DNA of 64,000 nt, taken from contig JBCCHT010000032.1 in NCBI GenBank assembly GCA_039028615.1, forward strand, positions 64,001 through 128,000, read 5' to 3'. This document shows positions 37,851-47,493 of this stretch, piece after piece. This DNA comes from Myxococcota bacterium (GTDB lineage: Bacteria; Myxococcota_A; Polyangia; Nannocystales; Nannocystaceae). How positions within the stretch are numbered: position 1 is the stretch's first letter; each line of letters opens with the position of its first letter. The notes under the pieces are model-generated. The model ran no database searches. It worked only from the letters and a program-made list of their open reading frames with translations, and had not been told where the DNA came from. The position numbers were made by a program, and so were the translations under genes.

Positions 37851-39239
37851 GTGAATCCGCCTTCTGCATTTGCAGTCGGATTGCATGTAGTGGTCGTTTC
37901 GCTTCTTCCCTTGATGCTCCCTCTCGCCCTCGACTCTGGTCTCGCGGCCGCGTCGGATGCCCATCACCATGGTGCTCATGGTCCGCGTCGCGCTGCGACA
38001 CCGCGGCCTGCGGCCCGTGGAAAGCTCCGGTCTCGAGGGCACAAGGGACCTACGGCTCATGCGAAGGGCAAGACCAAGACGTCCAAGGGGCGTCGCGGTC
38101 GGCTCCGCAAGAGGTCTCATCTCCACCGCGAGCACGATGACCGGTTCATCGGCGTGCGTCGCAAGCTGAAGGCCGATCGTTCCGGCAGCAGCGGTCCCCT
38201 CACCGTGTATCTCAACGGCAAGGGCGGTCGAGTCTACGGTGGTCACGAGGACGCACCTTCGAATCGCTCGAGCATCGTGTGGTCGGAGGGCAGCTCCTCG
38301 GTCGTCATCCCGGCGTACTCGGGCAGCTCCACCAGCTGGCGCTCGATGGTCCGCTGCGTGCAGGGGCACTTCGGAGACTACGAGGTCAACATCACCGACC
38401 AGCGCCCGGCCCGGGGCTCGTACATCATGATGATGGTCGGTGGTCGAGGCTCCGTGCTCGGGTACTCCGACTCGGTCGCCGGGGTGGCTCCGTACACGGG
38501 CGGGGTGGTGGACGACGCCGTCGGCTTCGTGTTCTCCCAGACCATGGGTAACCACGCCGACGGGGTCTGCGAGACCACGGCCCACGAGATCGGCCATACC
38601 CTCGGCCTCGATCACACCTACCACTGCTCGGACCTGATGAGCTACGAGCACTGCGGCGAGAAGTCGTTCGTCGATCGCAACATGCCCTGCGGGGAGTGGG
38701 ACACGCGAACCTGTTCCAACGGTCGCTCGCGCCAGAACTCGCACGGTGTGCTGGCCAAGAACCTGGGGCTGCGGACGTCTCGGCCCGAGCCGACCTCACC
38801 CGGCCCCGAGCCTCGGCCCCGCCCCGAGCCTCCGGTCGTACCGACCGATACCCGGGCGCCGCGGATCACCATGCACTCCGCGGGCGGATCGGAGTTCGAG
38901 GCCGAGTCCATCTTCGTCGTGCAGTTCGACGTGACCGACGAGAGCGGCCTGCAGAGCCTGGAGCTGCTGTGGCGAGCCAACGGCAAGACCGAGGTCTATC
39001 GCTGTAGCGAGCTGCCCGCTCACCTCCCCATCGAGTGCGGCATGGTCGGCAACAGCTACGCCTTTGCCCTGCTCGTGGGAGAGGGTCTGCGCAAGTACGC
39101 GGTGCGAGTCACCGACGAGGCCGGCAACCGAGCGACCACGCGCTGGCGCCAGGCGAACTTCGTGCAGAGCGAGCCCACCTGGGAGGACGAGTGGGACGAC
39201 GGCTGGGATGACGGCTGGGACGACGACGAGTGTTACTGA
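37851..39239 (+). CDS. Secreted metzincin (matrixin-like) zinc metalloprotease
   Basis: HEIGHTLGLDH plus Met-turn DLMSY; Pro linker; C-terminal Ig-like domain (TDEAGN); start uncertain. Confidence 0.82.
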   Translation: MNPPSAFAVGLHVVVVSLLPLMLPLALDSGLAAASDAHHHGAHGPRRAATPRPAARGKLRSRGHKGPTAHAKGKTKTSKGRRGRLRKRSHLHREHDDRFIGVRRKLKADRSGSSGPLTVYLNGKGGRVYGGHEDAPSNRSSIVWSEGSSSVVIPAYSGSSTSWRSMVRCVQGHFGDYEVNITDQRPARGSYIMMMVGGRGSVLGYSDSVAGVAPYTGGVVDDAVGFVFSQTMGNHADGVCETTAHEIGHTLGLDHTYHCSDLMSYEHCGEKSFVDRNMPCGEWDTRTCSNGRSRQNSHGVLAKNLGLRTSRPEPTSPGPEPRPRPEPPVVPTDTRAPRITMHSAGGSEFEAESIFVVQFDVTDESGLQSLELLWRANGKTEVYRCSELPAHLPIECGMVGNSYAFALLVGEGLRKYAVRVTDEAGNRATTRWRQANFVQSEPTWEDEWDDGWDDGWDDDECY

Positions 39240-39255
39240 GTCGGGGACCGGATAC

Positions 39256-39297
39256 GACCGTGCCGGTGGTCATTGGGAGACGACCACCGGCACGGTC
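39256..39297. terminator. Perfect 16-bp hairpin downstream of the protease (terminator or stability element)
   Basis: GACCGTGCCGGTGGTC-N10-GACCACCGGCACGGTC; no U-tract. Confidence 0.55.
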
Positions 39298-39460
39298 AGC
39301 CGGGGTGAACGAAGGCTGCCGCGGAAAATTTTCGTGACCGCGGCGTCAGCCCGAAGCCACAACTCGAAGACCACCTGAGCCCGCGATTGATGCATCTGTG
39401 CCGCTGCGGGAAGCATTCGATCATCTGCCAGGGGGAGTAACGCTGTGATAGCCCAATCGA

Positions 39461-40354
39461 GTGCGACTGACGGTGTTGACCTTGGCTTCGCTCGTGCTCG
39501 CGGCGGGTTGTTTCTCCCCTCAAACATCCGAGTCCTCGGAAGGATCCACGGGTGAGCAAGGCACGACGAGCGGTGGTGATAGTTCGGGGGCGGTGACCCC
39601 GGAGGCGACCACCGCTCCCAGTGCGGAAGAGTCGACCTCTGCGGTCGACGATGGGACCACCGCGGTGGCGACCACCGAGGAGGCCGAGTCGTCCTCGGGC
39701 TCGGACTGCGAAGGGGAGGACTGCGAGACCTGCCTCGAGGGCATGCGCCGCTGCCTCGACGCCAACACGCCCGAGCGCTGCAACGCGGTCGGGGTGTGGG
39801 AGCCCGAGCCCGACTGCGAGGGGGACGCCCCAGTCTGCGACGAGGGGGTCTGTCAGTGTGAAGAGGCCGCCCACGAGTGCCTCGGGGCGCAGCTCATGCG
39901 GACCTGTACCGACGGGGCCTGGGTCGAAGACACCTGCACCAATCCCACGCCGTACTGCGAAGATACGGTCGGCGAGTGCGTGACCACCCACTCGGCGGGC
40001 GGGGCAATCTCGTGCGACGTGCCCACCGATCTCGTGTGCACGGGCGGCGAGGTGTGCTGCTGGTTCGACAATCCCGACAGCCACGAGTGCACGACCGTGG
40101 CCGGGTGTCCGCAGCAGCCGGGGACCTCCAATCGCTTCGAGTGCGACGGCCACGCAGATTGCCCTGGCGGTCAGTCGTGCTGCCTGCGGAGCAACCCGGG
40201 CGGGCGCTCTTCGTCGTGCGGTGAGGCGTCGTCCTGCACCTCGTCGATCTACTTCGCCGCCATCGTGTGTGATCCCGACGGAGACGATTGCGAGGCGGGG
40301 GAGACCTGCACGGCGACCAACGAGTTCTACCCGGATGTCTACTACTGCACGTAG
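39461..40354 (+). CDS. Cys-rich lipoprotein
   Basis: Lipobox LAAGC; Ser/Thr linker; dense Cys including CC pairs. Confidence 0.8.
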   Translation: MRLTVLTLASLVLAAGCFSPQTSESSEGSTGEQGTTSGGDSSGAVTPEATTAPSAEESTSAVDDGTTAVATTEEAESSSGSDCEGEDCETCLEGMRRCLDANTPERCNAVGVWEPEPDCEGDAPVCDEGVCQCEEAAHECLGAQLMRTCTDGAWVEDTCTNPTPYCEDTVGECVTTHSAGGAISCDVPTDLVCTGGEVCCWFDNPDSHECTTVAGCPQQPGTSNRFECDGHADCPGGQSCCLRSNPGGRSSSCGEASSCTSSIYFAAIVCDPDGDDCEAGETCTATNEFYPDVYYCT

Positions 40355-40679
40355 GCTGCGGCGCGGATCCGTGCCCTGTCCCCGAGTCGTGCGATGACAC
40401 GACCGGGCCGGGGCATCGGCGGGTGACGATCTCGAAACCGAGCACGGTGTGTGCCGTCACAGAGGACCCGTCGCGGACCGGAAGGGCTCGAGGGATGCCT
40501 CCTGACATCGAAGCCGCAGACTGGCCACCAACGCAAGGCCTGGCGGCGGTCGTCGGGCGCGGCCGGACAACGTGCGCATCATGAATCGCAGTGGATCGAA
40601 GGACGCGCCCCGAGGGCTCCATTCGCCCTACATCGAGCCCGCACGTGCCCATGGCTTGCGCTCTTCGGCTCGCAATGCA

Positions 40680-41615
40680 ATGACCCGAACCATGGGGGGA
40701 ATGCACTGGGGGGCCGCGGGAGCGCTGCTCTTCGTGGGGATGAGCTCGGGCTGCGTCCGGGCGAATCCGAAGTACGACGTGCAAGGGCTCGAGGCCGCGG
40801 TCGACGACGACGGTGGGTCGGAATCCGGGTCGGCATCGACGGGCTCCGACGAGGTCGGAGGCGATGCGGGCAGCGCGGGGACCGAGCCGGGCGCGACCTC
40901 GGGGGGCACCTCTGCCGGGTCCGACGAGGACTCCGGGGGCATCCCGATCCCCGACCCCGATGACCCCGATCTCATGCTCTACGCATCGCTCGACTCGCTC
41001 GCGAGCGTGCAGTCGCCGGAAGTCGGCGTCGGGTCGGGCATGGTCGGCGCGGTGGCACCCGAGCAAGTCGAGTCGCCGGTCGGCTTCGGGCTTCGCTCCG
41101 TCCTTCCCACGCAGTGGTTCGCCTTTCCGCAGCACGATGGCCAGGTCGCCAACATCGACCACGCCGCCGGCTCGCTGTCGATGTTCTTGCTCTCCGAGGC
41201 GACCCAGGTCGACATCGGGGGCGCCGCCCTGTTCAGCCTCGCCGGGGTGATTCCCGACGGCGGCGGCCTGCGCATGGCCACGACTGGGCCGCTCGAGGGG
41301 AACGAGATCATCGTCGACTACTACGACATCGACGGGCAGAACCACCGCACCTACTACCCCGGGTCGGTGTTGCCCCCGGGCGCTTGGGTTCGCCTGGAGC
41401 TCGACTGGCGTGCCGACGTCGGCGTCGACGAGCACAACATCGAGCTGTGGATCGACGGCGAGTGGATCGAGCCGCTGCCGGGCTCGGCCACCGGCCCCAT
41501 GGAGGTCGGGCCCGCTTCGGCCAAAGACGTCATGATCTTCGGCTCGTGGCTTCTGGGTGGGGGAATCTCTGCCCGTGCCCGCTTCGACGAGATCGAGATC
41601 TACTCCGGGCTCTAG
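40680..41615 (+). CDS. Lipoprotein with LamG/concanavalin-A-like domain
   Basis: SSGC.R.NP lipobox; GSLSMF, W.RL.L.W, LWIDG, FDEIEIY. Confidence 0.7.
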   Translation: MTRTMGGMHWGAAGALLFVGMSSGCVRANPKYDVQGLEAAVDDDGGSESGSASTGSDEVGGDAGSAGTEPGATSGGTSAGSDEDSGGIPIPDPDDPDLMLYASLDSLASVQSPEVGVGSGMVGAVAPEQVESPVGFGLRSVLPTQWFAFPQHDGQVANIDHAAGSLSMFLLSEATQVDIGGAALFSLAGVIPDGGGLRMATTGPLEGNEIIVDYYDIDGQNHRTYYPGSVLPPGAWVRLELDWRADVGVDEHNIELWIDGEWIEPLPGSATGPMEVGPASAKDVMIFGSWLLGGGISARARFDEIEIYSGL

Positions 41616-41741
41616 CGCTCGGAAACACCGATTTCCCGCCGCAGGAGGGAATCGGTAAAAAGTGTGATCCGGACGGCCCTGGTCGGTCACAGGACGGTCG
41701 AGACCCAGCGTGGATCTCGACCTCCAGTGAAGGACATCGCC

Positions 41742-42899
41742 GTGGACACCTCGACTCTCCGAAACCGCCTGCTCACCCTCGCCGCCCTGCCCCTGGTGCT
41801 CGCCGCCGGATGTGGAGGTGACTCGGCGGGCTCCGATACCGACGCCGCCAACGAGGACGGCAGCACCGGGGAAGTGGCGACGACCGAGCCCGGCGAGGAC
41901 CCCACGGGCAGCACGCCGCCCTCTACCACGGGAGACGACTCCACGGGGGACGACCCCACGGGCGGGGCCGACGACGACTCGATGGCCGACTCGACCAGCA
42001 CGGGCGAGCTCGAGGACGACACGGGCAGCGGCGACACCGTCGGGGCCGAGGCCCCGAGCATCGAAGAGACCAGCCCCGCCGATGGGGACGACGCCGTCAC
42101 GGCCGACACCGCGCTCGTGGTGCGCTTCAGCGAGCCGATGGACATGGTCTCCGTGCAGCAGGCCTACCAATCCGCGGACATCCCCGCCGCGTCCGTGACC
42201 TTCGAGTGGAACGAGGCCGGGGACGAACTCACCGTGATCCCGAACGAAGAGCTGCCCTACGCGTTCGGCCAGAACCCGGCCACCGTGGCCGCCAACGCGT
42301 TCTCGTACACCATCAGCACCGTGGCCGAGTCGGCCGAGGGCGTGGCGCTCGAGGAGCCGGTGGAGGTCTCGTTCACCACCTTGCGCCGCATCTCCCAGCA
42401 CTTCGAGCGCGACGAGACGCTCAGCGCCCAGATGCGCGACGACGGGTTCCTCGGCTTGCAGCCCTATATCGGGGACTACACGCTCGACGAGGCGACCCGC
42501 CGCTACCTGCTGACCTTCGACCTGAGCTCCGTGCCCTCGGAGGTCACCGCCATCGAGCAGGCCGACTTCTTCGCCGCGTGGGCCTCCGACCTGGGTGATC
42601 CGTGGATCAGCCTGGGGGGCGTGCTCTACCGCCAGGTGAGCTACGAGAACCTGGTGCCCGCGACCTTCAACGGTCCCGCGCACACCGACAACTACGCGCT
42701 GTTCGTCAGCGAGAGCAACTTCGTGTCCATCGACGTGAGCTCCGAGCTGCAGTCCGTGCTCGACGATCCCGGCACCTTCGACGATCGCCTGCAGTTCCGC
42801 CTGCGCTGGGCCATCGAGAACAACCTCGACATGGACCACGACGGGCTGACCTTGAACGAGGACCTGCTCGAGCTGGACCTCGTGTACCTGACGCCCTAG
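41742..42899 (+). CDS. Lipoprotein with Ig-like (Big_5-type) domain
   Basis: AAGGA RBS; LAAGC; PSI..TSPADG...VRFSEPMD..SV, VSFTT. Confidence 0.78.
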   Translation: MDTSTLRNRLLTLAALPLVLAAGCGGDSAGSDTDAANEDGSTGEVATTEPGEDPTGSTPPSTTGDDSTGDDPTGGADDDSMADSTSTGELEDDTGSGDTVGAEAPSIEETSPADGDDAVTADTALVVRFSEPMDMVSVQQAYQSADIPAASVTFEWNEAGDELTVIPNEELPYAFGQNPATVAANAFSYTISTVAESAEGVALEEPVEVSFTTLRRISQHFERDETLSAQMRDDGFLGLQPYIGDYTLDEATRRYLLTFDLSSVPSEVTAIEQADFFAAWASDLGDPWISLGGVLYRQVSYENLVPATFNGPAHTDNYALFVSESNFVSIDVSSELQSVLDDPGTFDDRLQFRLRWAIENNLDMDHDGLTLNEDLLELDLVYLTP

Positions 42900-43051
42900 G
42901 TCCGCTTCGCTCCATCTCGCGCATCGGTGAGGCTCCGTGCCCCGATGCGCGAGCGTTTTTCGAAGGGCCGTGGGATTCGTCTCTTGCCGGGGGCGTGGGC
43001 CCCGGTCGAGCGTGTCGGCCGCATTGATAGACTCGCCGCGGCGACCCACGC

Positions 43052-44407
43052 ATGACCGCTCGACGACTGATCTGTATTGCTGCGATTTTGGGAGGGGGCT
43101 GCGTCCCCGAGGTGCCCGTGTTGCCCGTCGACGACTCCGGCGGAAGCACGGCCGCGGCCGATTCCAGCGCATCGGCCCCGACCGACACCGGGTCGCCGAC
43201 CAGCGCGGACTCGACCGCGGCCGACGGGGAGGACACGTCGACCTCGACCTCCGGCGACACGGAGGCGACCGATACCTCGGACACCGAGACCGTCGATTTT
43301 TGTGGTCGCCCCGAGCCCGCGTTCGCGTTCGCCGAGCCCGAGGTCTACGAGGCGCCGCCTGGAGCCGAGACCTTCACGGAGATCGCCATCGGGGACATCG
43401 TCGCCGGCCAACCGGTGGCCACCGATCTCGCGGTCAAGGACACGGTCACGCCGAGCATTCTCGTCTACCGCGGGCAGGGCATGATGTCCGGCTTCGTTTT
43501 CGAGGGGGCGGTGCCCCTGGTCGACAACGCCAGCGGCGTGACCATTGCCGAACTCGACGAGAAGGCGCCCGCGGAACTCATCGTGCTCGACCGCGGGAAC
43601 TGGGCGATCTACGACGACGTGGGTCCGGGCGCGATGCCCATCGCCGCCGGCTCGCTGCCGAAGGGGGTCACCGACTCCTCCTCGATCATCGCCGCGGACG
43701 TGTTCGGTGACGACACGCCGGAGATCGCGATCCATGCGGGCACCGACAGCCCGGATTCGCTGTGGGTGCTCTCGGATCCCCTGGGCAGTGCCCAGATCGA
43801 CGGGCCCTTTGCGGCCGGGAACGACTCGGTTCGACGCCTGCGCTCGGGCGACATCGACGGGGACGGTCGGACCGATCTGCTGGTGGTGCATCCCGGCTGG
43901 GACGGAGCCGTGCCCGGGGTCGACATCGCCTACAACCGCAGCGACGCGGCGCCGGCCTTCGATGTGGTGCCGCTGACGACGGCGGTCACCCCGACCTCCG
44001 TGGTTGCTCGCGACCTCAACGGGGACGGGCGGGACGACCTGGTGCTCACCCACGCGGGGACGAAGATCGGCGACCGCCTGCCCGATCCGCTGCACGTCTA
44101 CTTGGCCAACAAAAACGGCGATCTGGTGCTTCAGACCCCGATCGTGGAGTGGTCGACGGCCATCGCCATCGATGCGGGGGACTTCAACTGCGACGGTCAC
44201 CAAGATCTCGTCGTCGCGTTGCTCGACGAGCTGGTGTTCATCGCCGGAGACGGAGCCGGCGGCTTCGACCCGACGGACAGCCACTCGATCGAGCTCGGGG
44301 CCATCGTCGGCGACCTGAGGGTTCACGACTTCAACCTCGACGGTCGGCCCGACGTCGTCGCGGGCTTCGCCGACGATCCGGTCGTCTACTATTTCGAGTC
44401 CGCGTAG
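43052..44407 (+). CDS. FG-GAP/VCBS repeat lipoprotein
   Basis: GGGC lipobox; GDIDGDGRTDL, DLNGDGRDDL, GDFNCDGHQDL, DFNLDGRPDV. Confidence 0.85.
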   Translation: MTARRLICIAAILGGGCVPEVPVLPVDDSGGSTAAADSSASAPTDTGSPTSADSTAADGEDTSTSTSGDTEATDTSDTETVDFCGRPEPAFAFAEPEVYEAPPGAETFTEIAIGDIVAGQPVATDLAVKDTVTPSILVYRGQGMMSGFVFEGAVPLVDNASGVTIAELDEKAPAELIVLDRGNWAIYDDVGPGAMPIAAGSLPKGVTDSSSIIAADVFGDDTPEIAIHAGTDSPDSLWVLSDPLGSAQIDGPFAAGNDSVRRLRSGDIDGDGRTDLLVVHPGWDGAVPGVDIAYNRSDAAPAFDVVPLTTAVTPTSVVARDLNGDGRDDLVLTHAGTKIGDRLPDPLHVYLANKNGDLVLQTPIVEWSTAIAIDAGDFNCDGHQDLVVALLDELVFIAGDGAGGFDPTDSHSIELGAIVGDLRVHDFNLDGRPDVVAGFADDPVVYYFESA

Positions 44408-44530
44408 GTCGTCGTCCGCAGGTGCGCAGCGCCCGTGGGCTGGGGCATGCGCTCACATTGAACGGCCGACGACCACATGTCGAAGCGGGCGCGATCTGGC
44501 CACACATGCGTGTGGAGGTGGTCGCGGTCG

Positions 44531-45418
44531 CTACTTGGTCCGGCGATCGTCGATCGACGAGAGCGCGTTTGTGAACCCGGCGGAGGACAAGGTCTCCGCG
44601 GCGCGGGCCCGGTGATAGGCCTGCTGGATCCGAAAGTGGATCGCCTTGTTGAGCCTGATGAGCTCCGGCGAGGTATCGCGACCGAGCCGGGCGGGATCCC
44701 ACTGTCGAGAGGCCCGATAGAACGCGTCGTCGATCTCGTGGAGGCTGGGGCGACCGTGTAGCTGGAGGACCGATAGATCGTCGCGCGCACCGAGCTCGCA
44801 CAAAATGGCGCGGAGGCGACGTCGTTCGGCCTGCTCACGCTCGTAGCGATTGGGAGGCCGACGCACGGGGCGGGTGCCCACCTGGTAGCTCGGGGTCGGA
44901 GCCGCGGCGGGTCGCTGCGGTGGGGCAGGCTGCTCGGTTACGGCCCGGGCCTGCGCAATGATCCACTGAAGCGTGTTCTTGGCCTCTTGGGTGACGCCGT
45001 AGAACTGCACGCCGAACCCGGCCACGACCCCCGGAGCCGGCCTCACGATGCGCACGACTTCGCCCTGGAAGCGAATCGTGCCCGAGCCGTCGGGGAGCAG
45101 CAGGTGCACGCCGACCCGACTACCGGTCTCGGGAGGCTCTTCGGTGCGGATGAAGATGCCGTTGTTGCTGATGTCCTTGGTGTAAAGCTCGAGCAGCTCG
45201 GCCCAGCTCTCGAGCTCGACCTGGGCCGGCTCTTCGAGCGAGTACCGGGGCGCTCGTCGTCGTTCCTCGGGCGGGGGAACGAGGTTGCGAATGTCGAGCA
45301 GGCCAGACTGTGCGGCCTGGTCGTCCAAGATCTCGCTGACTCGATCGAGAGCCCAGGACAGAGAATCACCGGCGAGGGCATCGCCGGAGGGCGGTGGTTC
45401 GGGGCGGTCTTCGGGCAT
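44531..45418 (-). CDS. PilZ domain protein with C-terminal J-like domain
   Basis: RRAPR (RxxxR) and DISNNG (DxSxxG); EI..AF...SRQWDPAR...IQQAY. Confidence 0.78.
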   Translation of the reverse strand: MPEDRPEPPPSGDALAGDSLSWALDRVSEILDDQAAQSGLLDIRNLVPPPEERRRAPRYSLEEPAQVELESWAELLELYTKDISNNGIFIRTEEPPETGSRVGVHLLLPDGSGTIRFQGEVVRIVRPAPGVVAGFGVQFYGVTQEAKNTLQWIIAQARAVTEQPAPPQRPAAAPTPSYQVGTRPVRRPPNRYEREQAERRRLRAILCELGARDDLSVLQLHGRPSLHEIDDAFYRASRQWDPARLGRDTSPELIRLNKAIHFRIQQAYHRARAAETLSSAGFTNALSSIDDRRTK

Positions 45419-45690
45419 GGAACTATCGGCGCAACTCGGATCGAAGTATGAGACCGAATCGACAGAGTGCCATGAACGGATCCGATTGAGGGTTGCCGGA
45501 GTGGGCCGTTCGCGGTCGACGGAGATCTCGATCGATGTGCCATGAAGAACAACGAAACGACGTATGTATTGAGCGTTCGATCAGTCGAAGATCGGCGGCT
45601 TCGATCGGACGCCGCGGTACGTCGTTTTCGTGAGCGCGTCGGTTCGGGTGCGGGCGGGTACGAGATGCACGTGCACCTCGGGTGACGGCT

Positions 45691-47493
45691 CTACCGTGCC
45701 GCCTGATCCTGCGCGTCGATGTCCAGCGCCAGCGGTAGCTTGGCGGGCGGAATGGGCATCGTCGCGCCGACCGGGCCGAGCGGGTAGCGGATGATGCCGC
45801 GCTGGGTGACGAGCAGGAACACGATCGAGGGGTCGTCGACGGGGACGTCGAACTCGTAGCCGACGCGGACGGGGCGACCGTCGCCGTCGACGTCGTAGAT
45901 GCGGATGAGCAGGCCGTCGAGGCTGACGGAGTCGCCCGCCGCGAAGGGGTGCTCGGGCCGACGGAAGAGCTTCTCCACCGGACCGGTGAGCATCGAGCCA
46001 CCGACGACGTGCAGCTCGATGGAGTTGGCCCCGGTGCGCTTGAGCAGGTGCGGGCGCGGGGCCATGGACAACACCCACCACGAGCGCGGCAGGGGGTGAC
46101 CCTCGAGCCAGCGCACGGTGGGCGGGTAGAGCAGCGACATCGGATCGCCGACGCTCAGCACGACGAGGCGCTGGTCGGCCACCTTCGCGTCGTCGACCTG
46201 CATGTTGAGCGAGGCCTGGCGCGTGCCTTCGTTGAGTCGGTGAATGGCGTGGGTCTCTTCGATGCCCCACAGCGGGGCGAGCACGACGTGGGCGAAGAGC
46301 AGCGCGGCGGCGAACAGCCCCCGCAGCAGGTTGAGCGGGCGCAGGCGCGTGTCGGGGTCACGCACGCGGTCCCAGGCATCGAGCAACAGTGCGGCGACCA
46401 CCGCATGGCCGGCGAGCCCGGGAATCAGCAGCAGCCGCGCGGAGACGAAGGAGGAGGCGACCGGCAAGATGGCGAGCAGCGAGGCCACCAGTAGCCACGT
46501 CAGCCGCCCGCGCTGGGTCGGCGGCAAGGCCTTCCGCGCGCCGATCCACAGCGTGATCACGATGGCGATGGCCACCGGTCCGAGCCACGCCTGGATGCGA
46601 ATGTGCTCGGGGGTGATCGCGAGCTTCCCCGTGGGGATCGCCAGGAACATGTCGGCGACCAGCACGGGGATGCGCCATGACGCCATCTCCAGGTAGGCCA
46701 TGGGCTCTCGCACGGGGTCGACGTAGACGCTGGAGCCGTGCGAGCCGAAGCCCATGCTGCGGTGAATCGCGACGTACACGAGGAACAGGCCGAGCAGGGG
46801 CACGAGGGCCCGCGCTCGCTCGCGCCGGGAACCCGGGCCACAGATGACCTCGTACATCACGAAGAAGGGCAGGATGCACAGGGCGTACTCACCCCCGGAA
46901 AACGACAGCGCCAGGCCGAGCACGGCGAGCCAGCGTCCGCGTTTCCAGCCGTCCTCGCGGTGCCGGATATGGGCCCACAGCGCGAGGAAGGCAAAGGTGG
47001 CGGAGACGATCGCGTTGCGGTTGGCGAGCCAGCCGATGGGGTAGGTGTGGCACTCGTCGAGGGCGTACAGCAGCAGCGCGAGCAGGGCCCAGCGGGCGGG
47101 CAGCAGGCGCTGCAGCAGCAGGGCCCCGGCCATCAGCATCAGCGACCACCACAAAAGGGTGTGCACGTGGTGGCCGAGGGCGGCGAAGCCGAAGAGCTTC
47201 ACGTCGACCCACATCAGCAGGCTCGACAAGGGGCGCAGGGCAGAGAGCTTGAGCTCGGGATGGGACCACCAGGCCAGGCTGCCGCGGCTCATCAGCGCGT
47301 GGACTTCTTCGGGCTCGCCCCGCGAGAACGAAAACAGGTCCCACGGGGCGCGCTCGGCCGGATAGGTGCCCTCGAGCATGGCGAGCTGAGCGAAGTCGTC
47401 CATGCCGAAGCCGACGAACAGCGACTCGGCCCGCAGGGCGAGACCGATGAACAGGACGACGAGCGCCCAGATCCAGTAGCGCCGATCCTTCAC
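45691..47493 (-). CDS. Polytopic membrane protein, probable GT-C glycosyltransferase
   Basis: First TM followed by DDF, RPLSS, H..TL, W.ANR; many TMs plus C-terminal soluble domain. Confidence 0.6.
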   Translation of the reverse strand: MKDRRYWIWALVVLFIGLALRAESLFVGFGMDDFAQLAMLEGTYPAERAPWDLFSFSRGEPEEVHALMSRGSLAWWSHPELKLSALRPLSSLLMWVDVKLFGFAALGHHVHTLLWWSLMLMAGALLLQRLLPARWALLALLLYALDECHTYPIGWLANRNAIVSATFAFLALWAHIRHREDGWKRGRWLAVLGLALSFSGGEYALCILPFFVMYEVICGPGSRRERARALVPLLGLFLVYVAIHRSMGFGSHGSSVYVDPVREPMAYLEMASWRIPVLVADMFLAIPTGKLAITPEHIRIQAWLGPVAIAIVITLWIGARKALPPTQRGRLTWLLVASLLAILPVASSFVSARLLLIPGLAGHAVVAALLLDAWDRVRDPDTRLRPLNLLRGLFAAALLFAHVVLAPLWGIEETHAIHRLNEGTRQASLNMQVDDAKVADQRLVVLSVGDPMSLLYPPTVRWLEGHPLPRSWWVLSMAPRPHLLKRTGANSIELHVVGGSMLTGPVEKLFRRPEHPFAAGDSVSLDGLLIRIYDVDGDGRPVRVGYEFDVPVDDPSIVFLLVTQRGIIRYPLGPVGATMPIPPAKLPLALDIDAQDQAAR

